This document shows positions 10,264 through 19,988 of a stretch of DNA of 59,607 nt, in pieces. The stretch lies in IMG/VR virus record IMGVR_UViG_3300046004_000626; one strand, written 5' to 3'. Under the pieces are notes generated by a model. The model ran no database searches, was not told the origin of the DNA, and was given only the letters and a program-made list of their open reading frames with translations. Within the stretch, counting starts at the first letter, position 1. Every line of letters starts with the position of its first letter. A program made the position numbers and the translations under genes. The DNA comes from an uncultured virus (IMG/VR IMGVR_UViG_3300046004_000626). Its lineage: Duplodnaviria; Heunggongvirae; Uroviricota; Caudoviricetes.

Positions 10264-10500
10264 ATGACGAAATCTAAGGTAATGACAGTAGCAGATATAA
10301 GTAGTACAGAAGCAAGAACTTACTATTGCGCAGGAAGATATTGCGCAAAGCGAGAAAAATGTCATAGACACACATCAAGCACACAGATTACCCGTGCACC
10401 ATTTGATGATTATGACTTGGTAATGATTAAAGATATGAACACACGATCATGCCAATATTATGTCAGCATCGAAAAGGCACTTGCTGACATCAATTCTTAA
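10264..10500 (+). CDS. small Cys-rich hypothetical protein
   Basis: GGAGG RBS, CxxxxCxxxxxCxR...C. Confidence 0.65.
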   Translation: MTKSKVMTVADISSTEARTYYCAGRYCAKREKCHRHTSSTQITRAPFDDYDLVMIKDMNTRSCQYYVSIEKALADINS

Positions 10501-10541
10501 GGCCGACAACCTAAAGACAAAACTAAACAGGAGGAAACGCT

Positions 10542-11078
10542 ATGCGATCAATCTCACGATTGTTTCACAGAAATTTACTAACCTGGGCAAATCTGTCCAT
10601 TGTTGTAATAGCAGTAACAGTAACAACATCTGCGCAAGCAAATGAAGAAATAAACGCATCAACGCAACGACAATTAACGTGTCTAGCACAAAACATTTAC
10701 CATGAAGCCGGTAGTGAAAGTTTTAACGGCAAAGTAGCAGTAGCTCAGGTAACCATCAATAGAGCTAACAATGGTAAATTCCCATCAACCATATGCGGGG
10801 TTGTACATCAAAAAACTCAAGTAGCAGACAAAACTATATGTCAGTTCTCGTGGGTATGTGATCCGTTGGCTAAAGGTCGACGAGTATATTCTAAAGCATG
10901 GAAGGAAAGTCAGGAAATTGCACGTAAGGTATTACTTGACGGACTTAGATTAGAATCACTCGGTTCTGACGCATTGTATTTTCACAATGCTCGAGTACGT
11001 CCAAAGTGGGGTCTTGAAAGAATAGATCGCATCGGCGGACACACATTCTACAGTGGCGATAAAGTTGCTATAAGATAA
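10542..11078 (+). CDS. cell wall hydrolase, SleB/Hydrolase_2 family
   Basis: CLAQNIYHEA, VAVAQVTINR, FPSTICGVV, CQFSW, ALYFH and IGGHTFY, with an N-terminal hydrophobic anchor. Confidence 0.9.
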   Translation: MRSISRLFHRNLLTWANLSIVVIAVTVTTSAQANEEINASTQRQLTCLAQNIYHEAGSESFNGKVAVAQVTINRANNGKFPSTICGVVHQKTQVADKTICQFSWVCDPLAKGRRVYSKAWKESQEIARKVLLDGLRLESLGSDALYFHNARVRPKWGLERIDRIGGHTFYSGDKVAIR

Positions 11079-11206
11079 CGCTTGACACCTTCACTAAATT
11101 CATGTATACTATGTTTTTAGTGAATGGTGCTACTTATTATTTTCATAAACAACTAAATATTTGCATGGTGACAAAATTGCCATACAAATTAACCAAGGGA
11201 CATACA

Positions 11207-11335
11207 ATGTCGACTACTACAGAACCAACCGTACCAACTACACCACAAGAACCAACTATTCCATCAACTGTCTGTCAACCAGGCGACACAGAATGTAACA
11301 AACGTTTGATAGAAGCGTTCTCTGACTGTGATTAA
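11207..11335 (+). CDS. 42-aa Pro/Thr-rich, Cys-containing peptide
   Basis: AAGGGA RBS before ATG 11207, with CTAAATA upstream. Confidence 0.55.
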   Translation: MSTTTEPTVPTTPQEPTIPSTVCQPGDTECNKRLIEAFSDCD

Positions 11336-11342
11336 ATAACGG

Positions 11343-11371
11343 TTGACAACTAACCCAAAAGAACGTATAAT
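11343..11371 (+). promoter_or_regulatory. sigma70-type early promoter
   Basis: TTGACA-17-TATAAT. Confidence 0.85.
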
Positions 11372-11402
11372 AGCATTTGTTTAGTTAATAAGGAATAGAC
11401 AA

Positions 11403-11603
11403 ATGGCCTACACAGTTTTTCAAAATGGCAAAGAATATGGCCCACGCAAGGGCTTAGAAGGCCCATTCCATTATCCAAACGGTCGCGTATTGTACTACGA
11501 TGCACCTGCAGGCGAGTATTACGACCCAACTACAGACTTCTACGTACCAAACGATGAAGTAGCAGAACTCCAACAAAGTATTTTCACAAAATTAGCCCAA
11601 TAA
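11403..11603 (+). CDS. hypothetical early protein
   Basis: Own promoter and AAGGA RBS. GLEGPF..GRVLYYD..GEYYDP.TDFY motif. Confidence 0.75.
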   Translation: MAYTVFQNGKEYGPRKGLEGPFHYPNGRVLYYDAPAGEYYDPTTDFYVPNDEVAELQQSIFTKLAQ

Positions 11604-11608
11604 AGTAG

Positions 11609-11672
11609 TTGACATTTTGGTTAAATGACTGTATAATGCTATACATACACTAACAACACGGAGCAACTAATG
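11609..11672 (+). repeat. early promoter/leader cassette, copy 1
   Basis: TTGACA-17-TATAAT-GCTATACATACACTAACAACAC-GGAGCAA-ATG, nearly identical to 45729-45793. Confidence 0.9.
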
Positions 11673-11957
11673 AAAAATCTAGCACAATACATTGAACAAA
11701 AAAATGCTTGGGCACGTATTTTCAATAATGTAACCTACGATGTTAATAACTTATCAGAACGTGATTGTCAAAATTTGTATGATAGTTTAGACAATGATCT
11801 AAGCCCAGAGAACTTAACCTGCGACGGTGAACGTAGCGGTCTACAAGTTCGTCAATTCGCTCGTTTTTACAACGCGGCGGCCAAAGAGTTAGTCACAATT
11901 ATTCGTGCTAACAACTACACAATTCCATATTCAGACTTCCGCGAACTTAACTACTAA
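11670..11957 (+). CDS. hypothetical early protein
   Basis: ORF with promoter and RBS, LSPENLTCDGE motif. Confidence 0.75.
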   Translation: MKNLAQYIEQKNAWARIFNNVTYDVNNLSERDCQNLYDSLDNDLSPENLTCDGERSGLQVRQFARFYNAAAKELVTIIRANNYTIPYSDFRELNY

Positions 11958-11962
11958 AGTAC

Positions 11963-11991
11963 TTGACAAGCACACGCAGAGGTGCTATAAT
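11963..11991 (+). promoter_or_regulatory. sigma70-type early promoter
   Basis: TTGACA-17-TATAAT. Confidence 0.85.
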
Positions 11992-12026
11992 TACGAATAC
12001 TAAGAAAACAACAAAAGGAGCAATAA

Positions 12027-13049
12027 ATGACTGGTTTTGTTAAAATTAAAAATGGTAGTTATAGAAACACTGAAATTAAAAACGAAGTATTTCCACTTGT
12101 AAAACATTATACTGTTGGTGCTAAAGGCGGCTTTATTACTGTTGATGGTACAGGGCAGTTTGGTAAAGATAAAATTAGAGTATTAGTAGAAAGTCCTACA
12201 GACATTGAGTTTGTACATGCTGACGAGTATACTGGTGTAGTAACTGCTAAAGAAGTAGACGCAACTAGCAAACAGTCAGACGAAGAACGTATTGCTGATA
12301 TTGGCTTGCGTTTTGAAATGCTTGACGAAATGACTAAGGCAGTATTGAACGGTGATATACGTGCGATGATTGTAAGTGGACCTCCGGGTGTGGGTAAAAG
12401 CTATACTGTGGAAGCACAAATTGACAAAGCAAACTTATTCCAAAACATTGCTAATGCAAAACCTAAACACACTGTGGTTAAAGGTAGTGCTAGTGCTATT
12501 GGTTTGTACAAGGTATTGTACGAGTACAGTGATGCTAACAGCGTTATTGTATTTGATGACTGTGATAGCATACTATTTGATGATGTTAGTTTGAACTTGC
12601 TTAAAGGTGCGTTAGACAGCGGCAAGTCACGTAAGATTAGCTGGTTGTCAGAATCTCGTGTGCTAAAACAAGAAGACATTCCTAACAGTTTCCAATTTAA
12701 AGGTAGTGTAATTTTTATTACTAACTTAAAATTTGATGCAGTTAAGTCACAACGTTTGAAGGATCACTTAGAAGCATTACAGTCACGTTGTCACTATTTA
12801 GATTTGACATTAGACACTATGCGTGATAAAGTATTGCGTATTAGACAGATTGCTAAACAAGGTGAGATGTTTAGTGACTTGGGCATTAGCGAAGTTGGAC
12901 AAGATGTTATTATTGATTTTTTAGATGCTAACAAAAACAAAATGCGTGAGATGAGTTTGCGTATGGCAATTAAAGTAGCACAGCTATACAAGAGTTTTCC
13001 TAACACTTGGGAAAGCATGGCACGTACAACTTGTATGAAGACAGCATAA
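12027..13049 (+). CDS. AAA+ ATPase
   Basis: Walker A GPPGVGKS, Walker B IVFDDCD, sensor FITN and Arg finger ALQSR. Confidence 0.85.
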   Translation: MTGFVKIKNGSYRNTEIKNEVFPLVKHYTVGAKGGFITVDGTGQFGKDKIRVLVESPTDIEFVHADEYTGVVTAKEVDATSKQSDEERIADIGLRFEMLDEMTKAVLNGDIRAMIVSGPPGVGKSYTVEAQIDKANLFQNIANAKPKHTVVKGSASAIGLYKVLYEYSDANSVIVFDDCDSILFDDVSLNLLKGALDSGKSRKISWLSESRVLKQEDIPNSFQFKGSVIFITNLKFDAVKSQRLKDHLEALQSRCHYLDLTLDTMRDKVLRIRQIAKQGEMFSDLGISEVGQDVIIDFLDANKNKMREMSLRMAIKVAQLYKSFPNTWESMARTTCMKTA

Positions 13050-13180
13050 TGAAGCTGTTGTTGGCAATGATGTATAATTTAATCCTACTAGGAGGTACCG
13101 TTTACCTAGTAGGTTGGCAGGGTTGGAGTGCTTGGTGGTTCCTACTTACCGTAATACTTTTAGCTAGCGGTAAAGACTAA
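13049..13180 (+). CDS. small membrane protein (43 aa)
   Basis: Not in the ORF track. MKLLLAMMYNLILLGGTVYLVGWQGWSAWWFLLTVILLASGKD*, TAATG-coupled to the ATPase. Confidence 0.65.
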   Translation: MKLLLAMMYNLILLGGTVYLVGWQGWSAWWFLLTVILLASGKD

Positions 13181-13191
13181 GGAGATTTAAT

Positions 13192-13335
13192 ATGGAATGG
13201 CAATTTTGGTTAGGCGTGGTTTGGTTTGTGTTCATCGGTTATTGTTTTGGTCGTGCGCACGAATCGTGGATTCGTTACAGTGAAGCAGTGGACAAACTAC
13301 AAAAATTATCTGAAAAATTAGCTAACAAGGAGTAG
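13192..13335 (+). CDS. small membrane protein (47 aa)
   Basis: AAGGAG RBS. MEWQFWLGVVWFVFIGYCFG... has one TM segment plus a helix. Confidence 0.65.
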   Translation: MEWQFWLGVVWFVFIGYCFGRAHESWIRYSEAVDKLQKLSEKLANKE

Positions 13336-13338
13336 TAT

Positions 13339-13509
13339 ATGTGGAATAAAATTCGTTTTTGGTTGCATGAAAATGATCGACAACTAACATGGTTCTTCAT
13401 TGGTTTATTTGTTATGTGTTTCTTTGTGGATATGGGTAAACAAAACTATCCAGGCGCAGTATTGGATGCTTTCATTGTAGGAATAAATTATATCCTCCGT
13501 CCTCGGTAG
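13339..13509 (+). CDS. small membrane protein (56 aa)
   Basis: AAGGAG RBS. MWNKIRFWLHENDRQLTWFFIGLFVMCFF... has two hydrophobic segments. Confidence 0.65.
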   Translation: MWNKIRFWLHENDRQLTWFFIGLFVMCFFVDMGKQNYPGAVLDAFIVGINYILRPR

Positions 13510-13527
13510 CATTAAATAGTAGTATCA

Positions 13528-15147
13528 ATGAAAACAGACATTCAAATCAACCAATCGGCCAACTTACTATCTATTACCGACGTTGCTAATTCCATCGATG
13601 TATGGAATGAACAATTGGAAGTATACGGCAGTAAGAAAGCCAAACTAAACATAGAAGCACTTGCTGACCGTCCTGGTCGAGATAGCAGGTTAATCTTAGT
13701 AACAGCGATAACACCAACACCTGCTGGTGAAGGTAAAACTACCACAACTATTGGCCTAGCAGATGGCTTACGTAAGTTAAACTACAAGTCAATTGTATGT
13801 TTACGTGAACCTGCCTTAGGTCCAGTGTTTGGTATGAAAGGTGGAGCCACAGGTGGCGGCTATGCACAAGTAGCACCAATGGAAGATATTAATCTTCACT
13901 TTACAGGTGACTTCCACGCTATTGCCTGTGCTCATAATTTACTAAGCTCAATGATAGACAATCACTTACATTGGGGCAATGAATTAAACTTAGACACTAA
14001 CAAGATCGTTTGGCGTCGTGTAAGTGAAATGAATGACCGTAGCCTGCGCAGTACTGTGGTGGGGCTAGGTGCGCATAATAGTGTTACCCGTGAAGAAGGA
14101 TTTGACATTGTGGTAGCAAGTGAAGTAATGGCTATCCTATGTCTAGCAGAAGACTTTAAAGACCTAAAGCGTCGGTTGGGAAAGATTACCATAGGTTATA
14201 CTCGTGATAATAAACCTGTTACAGCTAAGGACTTAAAAGCACATGGTGCTATGGCTGCACTATTAAAAGACGCAGTTAAACCTAACCTAGTGCAGACCTT
14301 AGAAGGTACTCCTGCACTTGTACACGGTGGTCCATTTGCCAACATAGCACATGGATGTAACAGTGTTATTGCTACTAAGCTGGCAATGAAGTTAGCTGAC
14401 TATGTGGTAACAGAAGCAGGCTTTGGTGCTGACCTAGGTGCTGAGAAGTTTATTAACATTAAGTGCCGTAAAAGCGGTCTACGGCCTGATGTAGTAGTGC
14501 TGGTAGCCACTATCAGAGCAATTAAGTATCAAGGTAATTATACCAACTTAGATAGGCATATTACTAACATTAAGACGCAGTATAACCTGCCTTGCGTAGT
14601 TGCTATTAATCGTTTTAAAGATGACACTGATCAAGAGATTTCAGACTTAATAGCCTACATCAGTAACACATTTGACATTGAAGCAGTAGAGTGTACACAC
14701 TTTGCCGAAGGCGGCGATGGAGCAGAGGAATTGGCACACGAAGTTATTATGGCAATTGATCAAAGTGTTCAGGCAATGGAGTTGACATATCGAGATGAAG
14801 ATACATTATTATCTAAACTAAACAAAGTAGCTACACGGATATATAATGCATCGGGAATTAATATGGATGCTAAAGTATCAGCACACTTATATGAACTACA
14901 AAAGGACTACGGACACTATCCCGTTTGTATTGCTAAAACACAAAGTAGTTTCAGTGATGATCCCGCTAACAAATTAGCCGCAACATCTAAACATGTCTTA
15001 ACAGTACGTGAGTTAAAACTGTGTACAGGTGCAGAATACATCGTAGCAGTCTGCGGTAACATTATGACCATGCCAGGCTTGCCAGCACAGCCAAACGCAG
15101 AAAAGATCTCAATTGGTAAGGATGGTCGTATAGAAGGACTGGATTAG
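13528..15147 (+). CDS. fhs: formate--tetrahydrofolate ligase
   Basis: [62 protein letters not shown] and IMTMPGLP. Confidence 0.97.
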   Translation: MKTDIQINQSANLLSITDVANSIDVWNEQLEVYGSKKAKLNIEALADRPGRDSRLILVTAITPTPAGEGKTTTTIGLADGLRKLNYKSIVCLREPALGPVFGMKGGATGGGYAQVAPMEDINLHFTGDFHAIACAHNLLSSMIDNHLHWGNELNLDTNKIVWRRVSEMNDRSLRSTVVGLGAHNSVTREEGFDIVVASEVMAILCLAEDFKDLKRRLGKITIGYTRDNKPVTAKDLKAHGAMAALLKDAVKPNLVQTLEGTPALVHGGPFANIAHGCNSVIATKLAMKLADYVVTEAGFGADLGAEKFINIKCRKSGLRPDVVVLVATIRAIKYQGNYTNLDRHITNIKTQYNLPCVVAINRFKDDTDQEISDLIAYISNTFDIEAVECTHFAEGGDGAEELAHEVIMAIDQSVQAMELTYRDEDTLLSKLNKVATRIYNASGINMDAKVSAHLYELQKDYGHYPVCIAKTQSSFSDDPANKLAATSKHVLTVRELKLCTGAEYIVAVCGNIMTMPGLPAQPNAEKISIGKDGRIEGLD

Positions 15148-15193
15148 TTTCACCCTACTACACTGCTAGTCTAGCTCCTTGTGTGGTAGCCTC

Positions 15194-15228
15194 AAAGCTC
15201 AATGTTTGATTACATTGGGCTTTTTTTT
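15194..15228 (+). terminator. Rho-independent terminator
   Basis: AAAGCTCAATGT-loop-ACATTGGGCTTT followed by a T-run. Confidence 0.8.
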
Positions 15229-15266
15229 AGGTTGATTTACCTGAAATATTCTCGTATACTAATAGT

Positions 15267-16391
15267 ATGACAGTTGCGTATACACATATTGAAGATTATT
15301 TAGAACTACTCGGTGGACATACACCTGGTACGTTGGTAATCGTTAATCCGCCTGAACCTCCTATTATTAATCTTGCACGTTATGACATTACAATTGTAGA
15401 AAGTATGAGCGCACATACCTACTGGGGCGGCGCTTTAACAGATAGACAAGCAGATCTTGCTGTGCGATTAGTACTTAAATATCGTAAGCAGTTTGCTCGC
15501 TATGGTATTGATGTTGCTCCGGCAGAGAATCCACAGTTTCGTAAACCAGTACGTGTGGTAAACAGATCAAAACAAATTTGGTTAGATGATGAACGCATTG
15601 GTGTACGCTTTCCCTACGACCTACCAATGATTAAATCCATACAAGAAGAACGAAACATAAGTCAAGGTAGTATGAAGTACAATCAAGAAGAGAAGGTTTG
15701 GTATTTGGCCATCACCGAATCTAATGTAAATTGGGCAGTAACCTGGGGCGAGATAAATCAATTTGAAATTGATCCACTAGTACAAAACTTGTTCAATTTA
15801 ATTATGGAGTGTGAAGCTAGACCGTATGAAATTAAACTAGTGCAGACTGCTGATGGTTATGAGATTACCAACGCCGCTGATAGTTTAGTTGAATATATCA
15901 ATACTAAGTTGGGTGGCTTTGGTATAGACAACGGAGTCACACTAATTGATAATTCTGGTGTGCTGGGATATACCTACGATGATACGCTAACTCGTCCTGC
16001 ACTCCTGGATATATTTGGCTCCAGTCGTGATATACATTTACCAATGACAGATGATGCAATATCATTTTTATTCTCGTATGCTGAACTAACCAATCGTTAT
16101 CCAGTTTGTATATACGATCCAACAATGACATCGATTGATTTAGATCTAAGTAGATTTAATGAAGATGAAATAGTGCGTTTTGACTATCGTGGTAAAACAA
16201 AGACTTGCGATTACAATATAGATTGTGTTAAAGTAGTATATGCGCACAAGATACCAGCAACATGGAATTACTCAATACCATTGTTGGTCTCCACTGTGGA
16301 AATGATGTACGGCGGCAAACGTATGGAATGGATTAACCAAGCAGAAAAGATAGCCTACTGCACCAATACCAAATTAAGAGAAAACGATTAA
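15267..16391 (+). CDS. hypothetical protein upstream of helicase
   Basis: 374-aa ORF, leaderless after TTGATT-17-TATACT, coupled to the helicase. Confidence 0.75.
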   Translation: MTVAYTHIEDYLELLGGHTPGTLVIVNPPEPPIINLARYDITIVESMSAHTYWGGALTDRQADLAVRLVLKYRKQFARYGIDVAPAENPQFRKPVRVVNRSKQIWLDDERIGVRFPYDLPMIKSIQEERNISQGSMKYNQEEKVWYLAITESNVNWAVTWGEINQFEIDPLVQNLFNLIMECEARPYEIKLVQTADGYEITNAADSLVEYINTKLGGFGIDNGVTLIDNSGVLGYTYDDTLTRPALLDIFGSSRDIHLPMTDDAISFLFSYAELTNRYPVCIYDPTMTSIDLDLSRFNEDEIVRFDYRGKTKTCDYNIDCVKVVYAHKIPATWNYSIPLLVSTVEMMYGGKRMEWINQAEKIAYCTNTKLREND

Positions 16392-17848
16392 TGGCAACCT
16401 GTAAAATTATAATTAAAGATGAAGTGAACTGTAAGTTAGATGGACTTGAACTTACAGAACGCAAGTATCTAGCCAACAAGTTTAAGTATGAAATCCCAGG
16501 CGCACGTTATCTACCAAGTGTACGTCTTGGTCGATGGGATGGCAAAGTGGCTTACTTTCAATTAGGCGGTAGCACATATACTAACTTGCTTGCCGAGATG
16601 TTGCCCTACATAGATGAACGTGGTTATAATATCGAACTTGAAGATCTACGTGACTATCGTACACAGTTTGATTTTGCGCAGGTAACAGAAGCTACGTTTG
16701 CACATAAAGTTTGGCCAGCTAAACATACAATTGCAGGTCAACCGGTCGTGCTCAGAGATTATCAAATTGAGATTATTAACAAGTTTCTTGAGAATCCGCA
16801 GTGTCTACAGGAAATTGCCACAGGTGCAGGTAAGACCCTAATCACTGCAGCACTTAGTTATAGCTGTGAGCAGTATGGTCGTACTATAGTAATTGTACCA
16901 AACAAAAGTCTAGTAACACAAACAGAAGCAGACTATATTAACCTAGGCCTAGATGTAGGAGTGTACTTTGGTGACCGTAAGGAGTTTGGACATCAACACA
17001 CAATCTGTACTTGGCAAAGTCTAAACATACTACTTAAAAACACCAAAGCACACGAAGCTGACATTACTATAATGGAATTTTTAGAAGATGTTGTTTGTGT
17101 TATGGTTGACGAAGTACACATGGCCAAGGCAGATGCGCTTAAGACCTTGCTTACTGGTGTAATGGCACACATTCCAATTCGATGGGGATTAACTGGTACA
17201 ATACCTAAGGAAATGTACGAATTTATGAGCCTAAAATGTTCATTAGGCGAGGTTATTGGACGGTTAAGTGCCAGTGAATTACAAGACCAGGGTGTACTTG
17301 CTAACTGTCATGTGAACATCTTACAGTTAATTGACCACGTGGAATATAAAGACTATCAAAGCGAACTGCGTTATCTATTAGAGACTGAAGCACGTTTAGA
17401 TTACATAAGTAAACTAGTAGAAACAATACGTAAGACAGGTAATACACTTGTGTTAGTTGATCGTATTGCACCAGGCAAAGCATTAATTGAAAAAATTAAT
17501 AATGCTGTGTTTGTTAGTGGAGGAACCAAAGCAGATGACCGTAAAGAAAGCTATGATGAGTTTGCAACCAGCGATAACTTCGTTGCTGTTGCCACTTATG
17601 GTGTTGCGGCTGTTGGTCTTAACATTCCTCGTATTTTTAATCTTGTGCTTATCGAGCCTGGTAAATCTTTTGTCAGGGTCATCCAGAGTATCGGGCGTGG
17701 CATTCGCAAAGCGGAAGACAAGGACTTCGTCCAAATCTGGGACGTAACATCAACTTGTAAGTTTGCCAAGCGGCATCTTACAGTCAGAAAGAAATTTTAT
17801 ACTGAAGCAAACTATCCTTATGCGGTAGAAAAAACGGAGTGGAAGTAA
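16391..17848 (+). CDS. superfamily 2 DNA helicase, UvsW-like
   Basis: LRDYQ, ATGAGKT, DEVH, TGT and QSIGRGIR, with an N-terminal WDG motif. Confidence 0.9.
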   Translation: MATCKIIIKDEVNCKLDGLELTERKYLANKFKYEIPGARYLPSVRLGRWDGKVAYFQLGGSTYTNLLAEMLPYIDERGYNIELEDLRDYRTQFDFAQVTEATFAHKVWPAKHTIAGQPVVLRDYQIEIINKFLENPQCLQEIATGAGKTLITAALSYSCEQYGRTIVIVPNKSLVTQTEADYINLGLDVGVYFGDRKEFGHQHTICTWQSLNILLKNTKAHEADITIMEFLEDVVCVMVDEVHMAKADALKTLLTGVMAHIPIRWGLTGTIPKEMYEFMSLKCSLGEVIGRLSASELQDQGVLANCHVNILQLIDHVEYKDYQSELRYLLETEARLDYISKLVETIRKTGNTLVLVDRIAPGKALIEKINNAVFVSGGTKADDRKESYDEFATSDNFVAVATYGVAAVGLNIPRIFNLVLIEPGKSFVRVIQSIGRGIRKAEDKDFVQIWDVTSTCKFAKRHLTVRKKFYTEANYPYAVEKTEWK

Positions 17849-17851
17849 CAC

Positions 17852-18352
17852 ATGCACATCTTAACCTTAGAAAATCAAGCCTACGAAATGAACGAAATCC
17901 CCGATGAAGTCGAGGACTTACGTTTTGCAATATTAGATAACAGTGATCCAAAGAATCCAGACTACTTCTTTATTCCGTTAATCTTTTTAGAATCATTCAA
18001 CAGTCCTGCATTGGTATTAAACATCGGCGGCAACATAGTAAAGATGCCTGTGGACTGGCAGGTGCTAATTGGTGAACCTGACATTGGTGATTTAGAAGTA
18101 ATACCTTTGACTAGTATCAATGACCGTGGCTTTAGTGTATTTGCATTTAACCCATTGAGTAGTTTTAAACCGGAATTCTTTAAGATTGAGATTATTGATA
18201 TCTATCAAGATGTTAAGTGGTACTTTCCTAAACTTAAACCTGGGCAGATGTTAGCAGTACCAGTTGAATCAGGCGATGCACCTTTATGTGCTTACTTTGT
18301 TAAGGACATTTCTAGACAAAGTGAAATTGTAGACTATAGTAAGATATGGTAA
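17852..18352 (+). CDS. hypothetical phage protein
   Basis: 166-aa ORF in the replication operon. Confidence 0.7.
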   Translation: MHILTLENQAYEMNEIPDEVEDLRFAILDNSDPKNPDYFFIPLIFLESFNSPALVLNIGGNIVKMPVDWQVLIGEPDIGDLEVIPLTSINDRGFSVFAFNPLSSFKPEFFKIEIIDIYQDVKWYFPKLKPGQMLAVPVESGDAPLCAYFVKDISRQSEIVDYSKIW

Positions 18353-18555
18353 AAATTAATCCTGCATTAATTACTGACGACATGATGTATGAAGGCATCA
18401 TATCAACAAACTTACCTCTAATAGAACAAGTAAAAGAAGATAAACTGTGGGGCGAGATGCGCCGCGTGGCTAAGACAAATACCTCTTTACAAGCCGCTCT
18501 TGATCATGCTATAATGATATATAAGTTAAGCAAGGAATATAAAGATGGCCTATAA
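18346..18555 (+). CDS. hypothetical protein
   Basis: Overlapping ORF in the operon. Confidence 0.6.
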   Translation: MVKINPALITDDMMYEGIISTNLPLIEQVKEDKLWGEMRRVAKTNTSLQAALDHAIMIYKLSKEYKDGL

Positions 18556-18784
18556 CCCAGCCCAATTTAAAGCAAAGAAAAAGCGAGCAGTAGATCCGAA
18601 TGCCCCACCGCGCCCTAACCTGCTGTCGCATGATAAAGTTATCAGAGAACAAAAAGATGTTATTCTAAATTTGCAACTACAAATACATAGACAAGCCGAA
18701 GAATTAGAAAGTCTTAAGTACAAATACAATAACATGCAACAAAGCATAACTGGAATTCTTAGTTATTTGCGCAAAGGTAAATGA
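18545..18784 (+). CDS. small coiled-coil protein
   Basis: Basic N-terminus and heptad pattern. Confidence 0.65.
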   Translation: MAYNPAQFKAKKKRAVDPNAPPRPNLLSHDKVIREQKDVILNLQLQIHRQAEELESLKYKYNNMQQSITGILSYLRKGK

Positions 18785-19248
18785 TGAGCAGTAGTTTACA
18801 AATAAATGATGAAATGAGAGCATATGATCGCAAAGATCGTGCTTACTATGATAATTTCACTGACGAAGATCGTAAGAAGTTCAGTACCTATCTAATGCTA
18901 CGCTATGGTGCTAGCGTCACAGGGTCAAGTGACCTACAGGCATATTATCTATTGGCAGTAAACGAACGTGTAAACAAAAACTTCTTTGACCTAAACAAAC
19001 ATCCAAAACTACAATGGTTATCATGTACAACTGTCAGTCCAGGCATGGGCGCACAAAGTCATTACTGGTTAGGTACAAAGAAGAAAGAAGGCAATAGTAA
19101 AGCATCGAAGTTTCTTGCTAAATTGTATCCTAATTTACGTCAAGATGAACTTGATGTACTTGTAGCAATTAACGATACTAAAAGTCTTAAATTACTCGGA
19201 CAGAAGTTAGGCATGGATGATAAGACCATTAAGAAAGAGTTGGAATGA
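18781..19248 (+). CDS. hypothetical protein (possible clamp-loader small-subunit-like)
   Basis: ATGA-coupled ORF in the replication cluster. The functional call is a weak resemblance only. Confidence 0.5.
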   Translation: MMSSSLQINDEMRAYDRKDRAYYDNFTDEDRKKFSTYLMLRYGASVTGSSDLQAYYLLAVNERVNKNFFDLNKHPKLQWLSCTTVSPGMGAQSHYWLGTKKKEGNSKASKFLAKLYPNLRQDELDVLVAINDTKSLKLLGQKLGMDDKTIKKELE

Positions 19249-19988
19249 TCAACGACATAGTATCAGCTTGGAATGAAGGTAAAACTAACATAGAAGCTAC
19301 ACCAACATATACCTGTAAATATTGTTCAAAGGAATTTCGTAAAGAAAGTACTCTGGCTGCGCATCTGTGTGAACCCAAGCGTCGTTGGCAACAAGAAAAA
19401 GAAGTTGGGGTGCAGTTCGGCTTACAAGCATATCTACGTTTCTTTGAGCTAACGCAAGGTTCGGCTAAACTAAAGAGCTATGCTGACTTTGTTACAAGTC
19501 CATACTACACAGCGTTTGTTAAGTTCGGCAGACATATTATTGGTATACGTGCAGTAAACCCAAAAGCATTTATTGAATATGTAATTAAACAGAACAAGAA
19601 GATTGACAACTGGACACATGAAGTAATATACTTAGAATACTTGCATCAATACATGCGCAAAGAAGCAGTACAAGATGCACTTGAACGAGCACTAACGGAG
19701 ATGCAGAATTATGTGGATGAAAATACGGAATTATTTCCAAACGGGTTTACAGACTATTTTAGACTGGCTAACGCAAACCGTGTTTGTCATCATATTGCAA
19801 ATGGGCGTATTAGTCCTTGGATTGTGTTTAACTGCGATTCGGGCATTGCATTCTTGGATACATTGGGCGAAGAGCAAATTGCACAAATAATCTCAATGAT
19901 TGATCCAGAGTATTGGCAACGTAAGTTTAAAGATTACCTAGCTGATACTGAATGGACTAGACAAATATTAACGGCCGCTGGACTATGA
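19245..19988 (+). CDS. hypothetical protein with N-terminal C2H2-like zinc finger
   Basis: YTCKYCSKEFRKESTLAAHLC. Confidence 0.7.
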   Translation: MINDIVSAWNEGKTNIEATPTYTCKYCSKEFRKESTLAAHLCEPKRRWQQEKEVGVQFGLQAYLRFFELTQGSAKLKSYADFVTSPYYTAFVKFGRHIIGIRAVNPKAFIEYVIKQNKKIDNWTHEVIYLEYLHQYMRKEAVQDALERALTEMQNYVDENTELFPNGFTDYFRLANANRVCHHIANGRISPWIVFNCDSGIAFLDTLGEEQIAQIISMIDPEYWQRKFKDYLADTEWTRQILTAAGL

